From Yuukianura sp. NJ FZ-2021 (lineage: Eukaryota), in contig CM102285.1 in NCBI GenBank assembly GCA_046563655.1, positions 7,192,001 to 7,256,000 on the forward strand: 64,000 nt of DNA, in the 5' to 3' direction. A program made the translations under genes and the position numbers. The notes beneath the pieces were generated by a model, which saw nothing but the letters and a program-made list of their open reading frames with translations, did not search any database and was not told the DNA's origin. This document shows positions 62,901-64,000 of the stretch, piece after piece (positions within the stretch are counted from its first letter, which is position 1; every line of letters starts with the position of its first letter).

Positions 62901-63226
62901 CGCGGTTTACAACCGGTTTATTTTGTATATCAATGATGTCGGTCATTGCAGTTTTTATTGTCGTCGTGCATCAGCGACGACGCAGGAGAATAGCTACCTC
63001 TTCAGTTGGTTACATTGGAAAGGAAGATGTTGATTTCAAGTGCAGAAAAGTTCCAGAGAGCTGGAGAAAGTATGATGCATTGTACACACCAGTGAGTCTA
63101 AGTCCCTGTGACGATGATGATGAAGATGACATTAGGACGAGTTTAGTTGAAAAATGTTCACAAAGTTTTAATCCAGACGATGAAAACAAAAGGAAAGCAG
63201 TGAAGCCTCTAGTTTTAAAAACCTGA
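59938..63226 (+). pseudogene. Fur2: Furin-like proprotein convertase 2, 3' part (end of catalytic domain, P domain, Cys-rich repeats, TM, tail); disrupted as assembled
   Basis: Motifs SHKFGYGLMDAGAMV, FLEHVQC, RGNLRIQLTSPMGT, WPFLSVHFWGE and WQLILYGT; furin-like Cys repeats. Exons 59938-61093, 61166-61464, 61546-61823, 61893-62066 and 62136-63226. Frame change at ~60633-60650 and a 696-bp insertion in the last exon. Confidence 0.85.
62225..62920 (+). mobile_element. Helentron/DINE-1-like element inserted in the furin TM-coding exon
   Basis: 5' hairpin TTATTAATAGC-GAAA-GCTATTAATAA, (GTCT/GTCC)n microsatellite, GC-rich ~22-bp internal repeats, 3' GCTATT plus stem-loop CGGTT-TAC-AACCG; TTATT at both junctions. 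Confidence 0.82.
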
Positions 63227-64000
63227 TTGATTTTTGCTTAACATTACGTAGACTTTTTCAATCAATTGACGAGACATAGAATCATCAACATTTTTGTTAC
63301 TCGTTTTGCTCTTGTGAATACTCGTACACCATTTTAGTTTAATTTAGTTTTTTGAAAATTAACCTGTACAATTAGATGTATATTTTTAGCCAATTAAGGA
63401 AGAATTGACACTGCGGGTTGAAAAACGACCAAAACGCACGAAAAAGAATGTTTTATGATTTAGTTGTATGGAGATAATGTTCCTTTCATGCTGAGCGTGG
63501 AGTTAATTTTTAACTGTAATTAGCAATTAAGTAAGTGCTAACTTTTCTGCGCAGAATCGCTAGAAATTATGAGTTAGTTTTCTAAAGTTTCGAGTAGCCT
63601 CCCCTGAGAAATGTGTTATGTCATGTCGCTAGTTTTTGAATTTGGAAGTGATTTGAGTTCCACGAGTCAACAGAATTCTAATTTTAAGAGATTTAGTACT
63701 TCAGAGGTTAAAATTAAAATTAACATTGTTTTAAAAAACAAATACTATTCTAAACAACAAGGGTGATCTTTGCATTACGTTAAATATAACTACTATATAG
63801 TCATAAGTAGTACGATTTAAAATGTAAGCTGGTTAAAATGGATGTGTAAAGGTATAATGTAGGAAGGACTGACTCCAAAGTGTTACTGGAGCGTTATGTT
63901 AAAATTTAAAATTTAACTTTTAAAAAGAAATGCAATTTACTAACATTAGTTTTTTTTTGAACAATCAAATCCAGTGAACAATTCGACACGCAAAGGCTGA

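Overview
AT-rich eukaryotic DNA, very probably arthropod (Beat-family Ig genes, ~70-nt GT-AG introns). Host genes: two divergently oriented, intact 6-exon beaten-path-like Ig genes (25480-28052 minus; 43954-46569 plus) and the 3' half of a furin-2-like convertase (59938-63226) carrying an apparent frameshift and a Helentron-like insertion in its transmembrane exon. Much of the rest is mobile DNA. (1) A full-length Ty3/gypsy LTR element (13013-19851) has a -1 gag-pol slippery site and, in the env position, a spliced third ORF encoding a CCHC zinc-knuckle protein. (2) A CRE-like RLE non-LTR element (33037-36730) has an RFX-like winged helix at its N-terminus. (3) Three 1.1-4.1 kb near-perfect palindromes are present. 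Two have unrelated arms yet share TATGG...CCATA ends and 6-bp TSDs; the third carries an intron-containing captured gene in mirror image. (4) There are also a Helitron, Helentron/DINE-like elements, MITEs and satellite arrays. Everything was read by eye; no searches were run.
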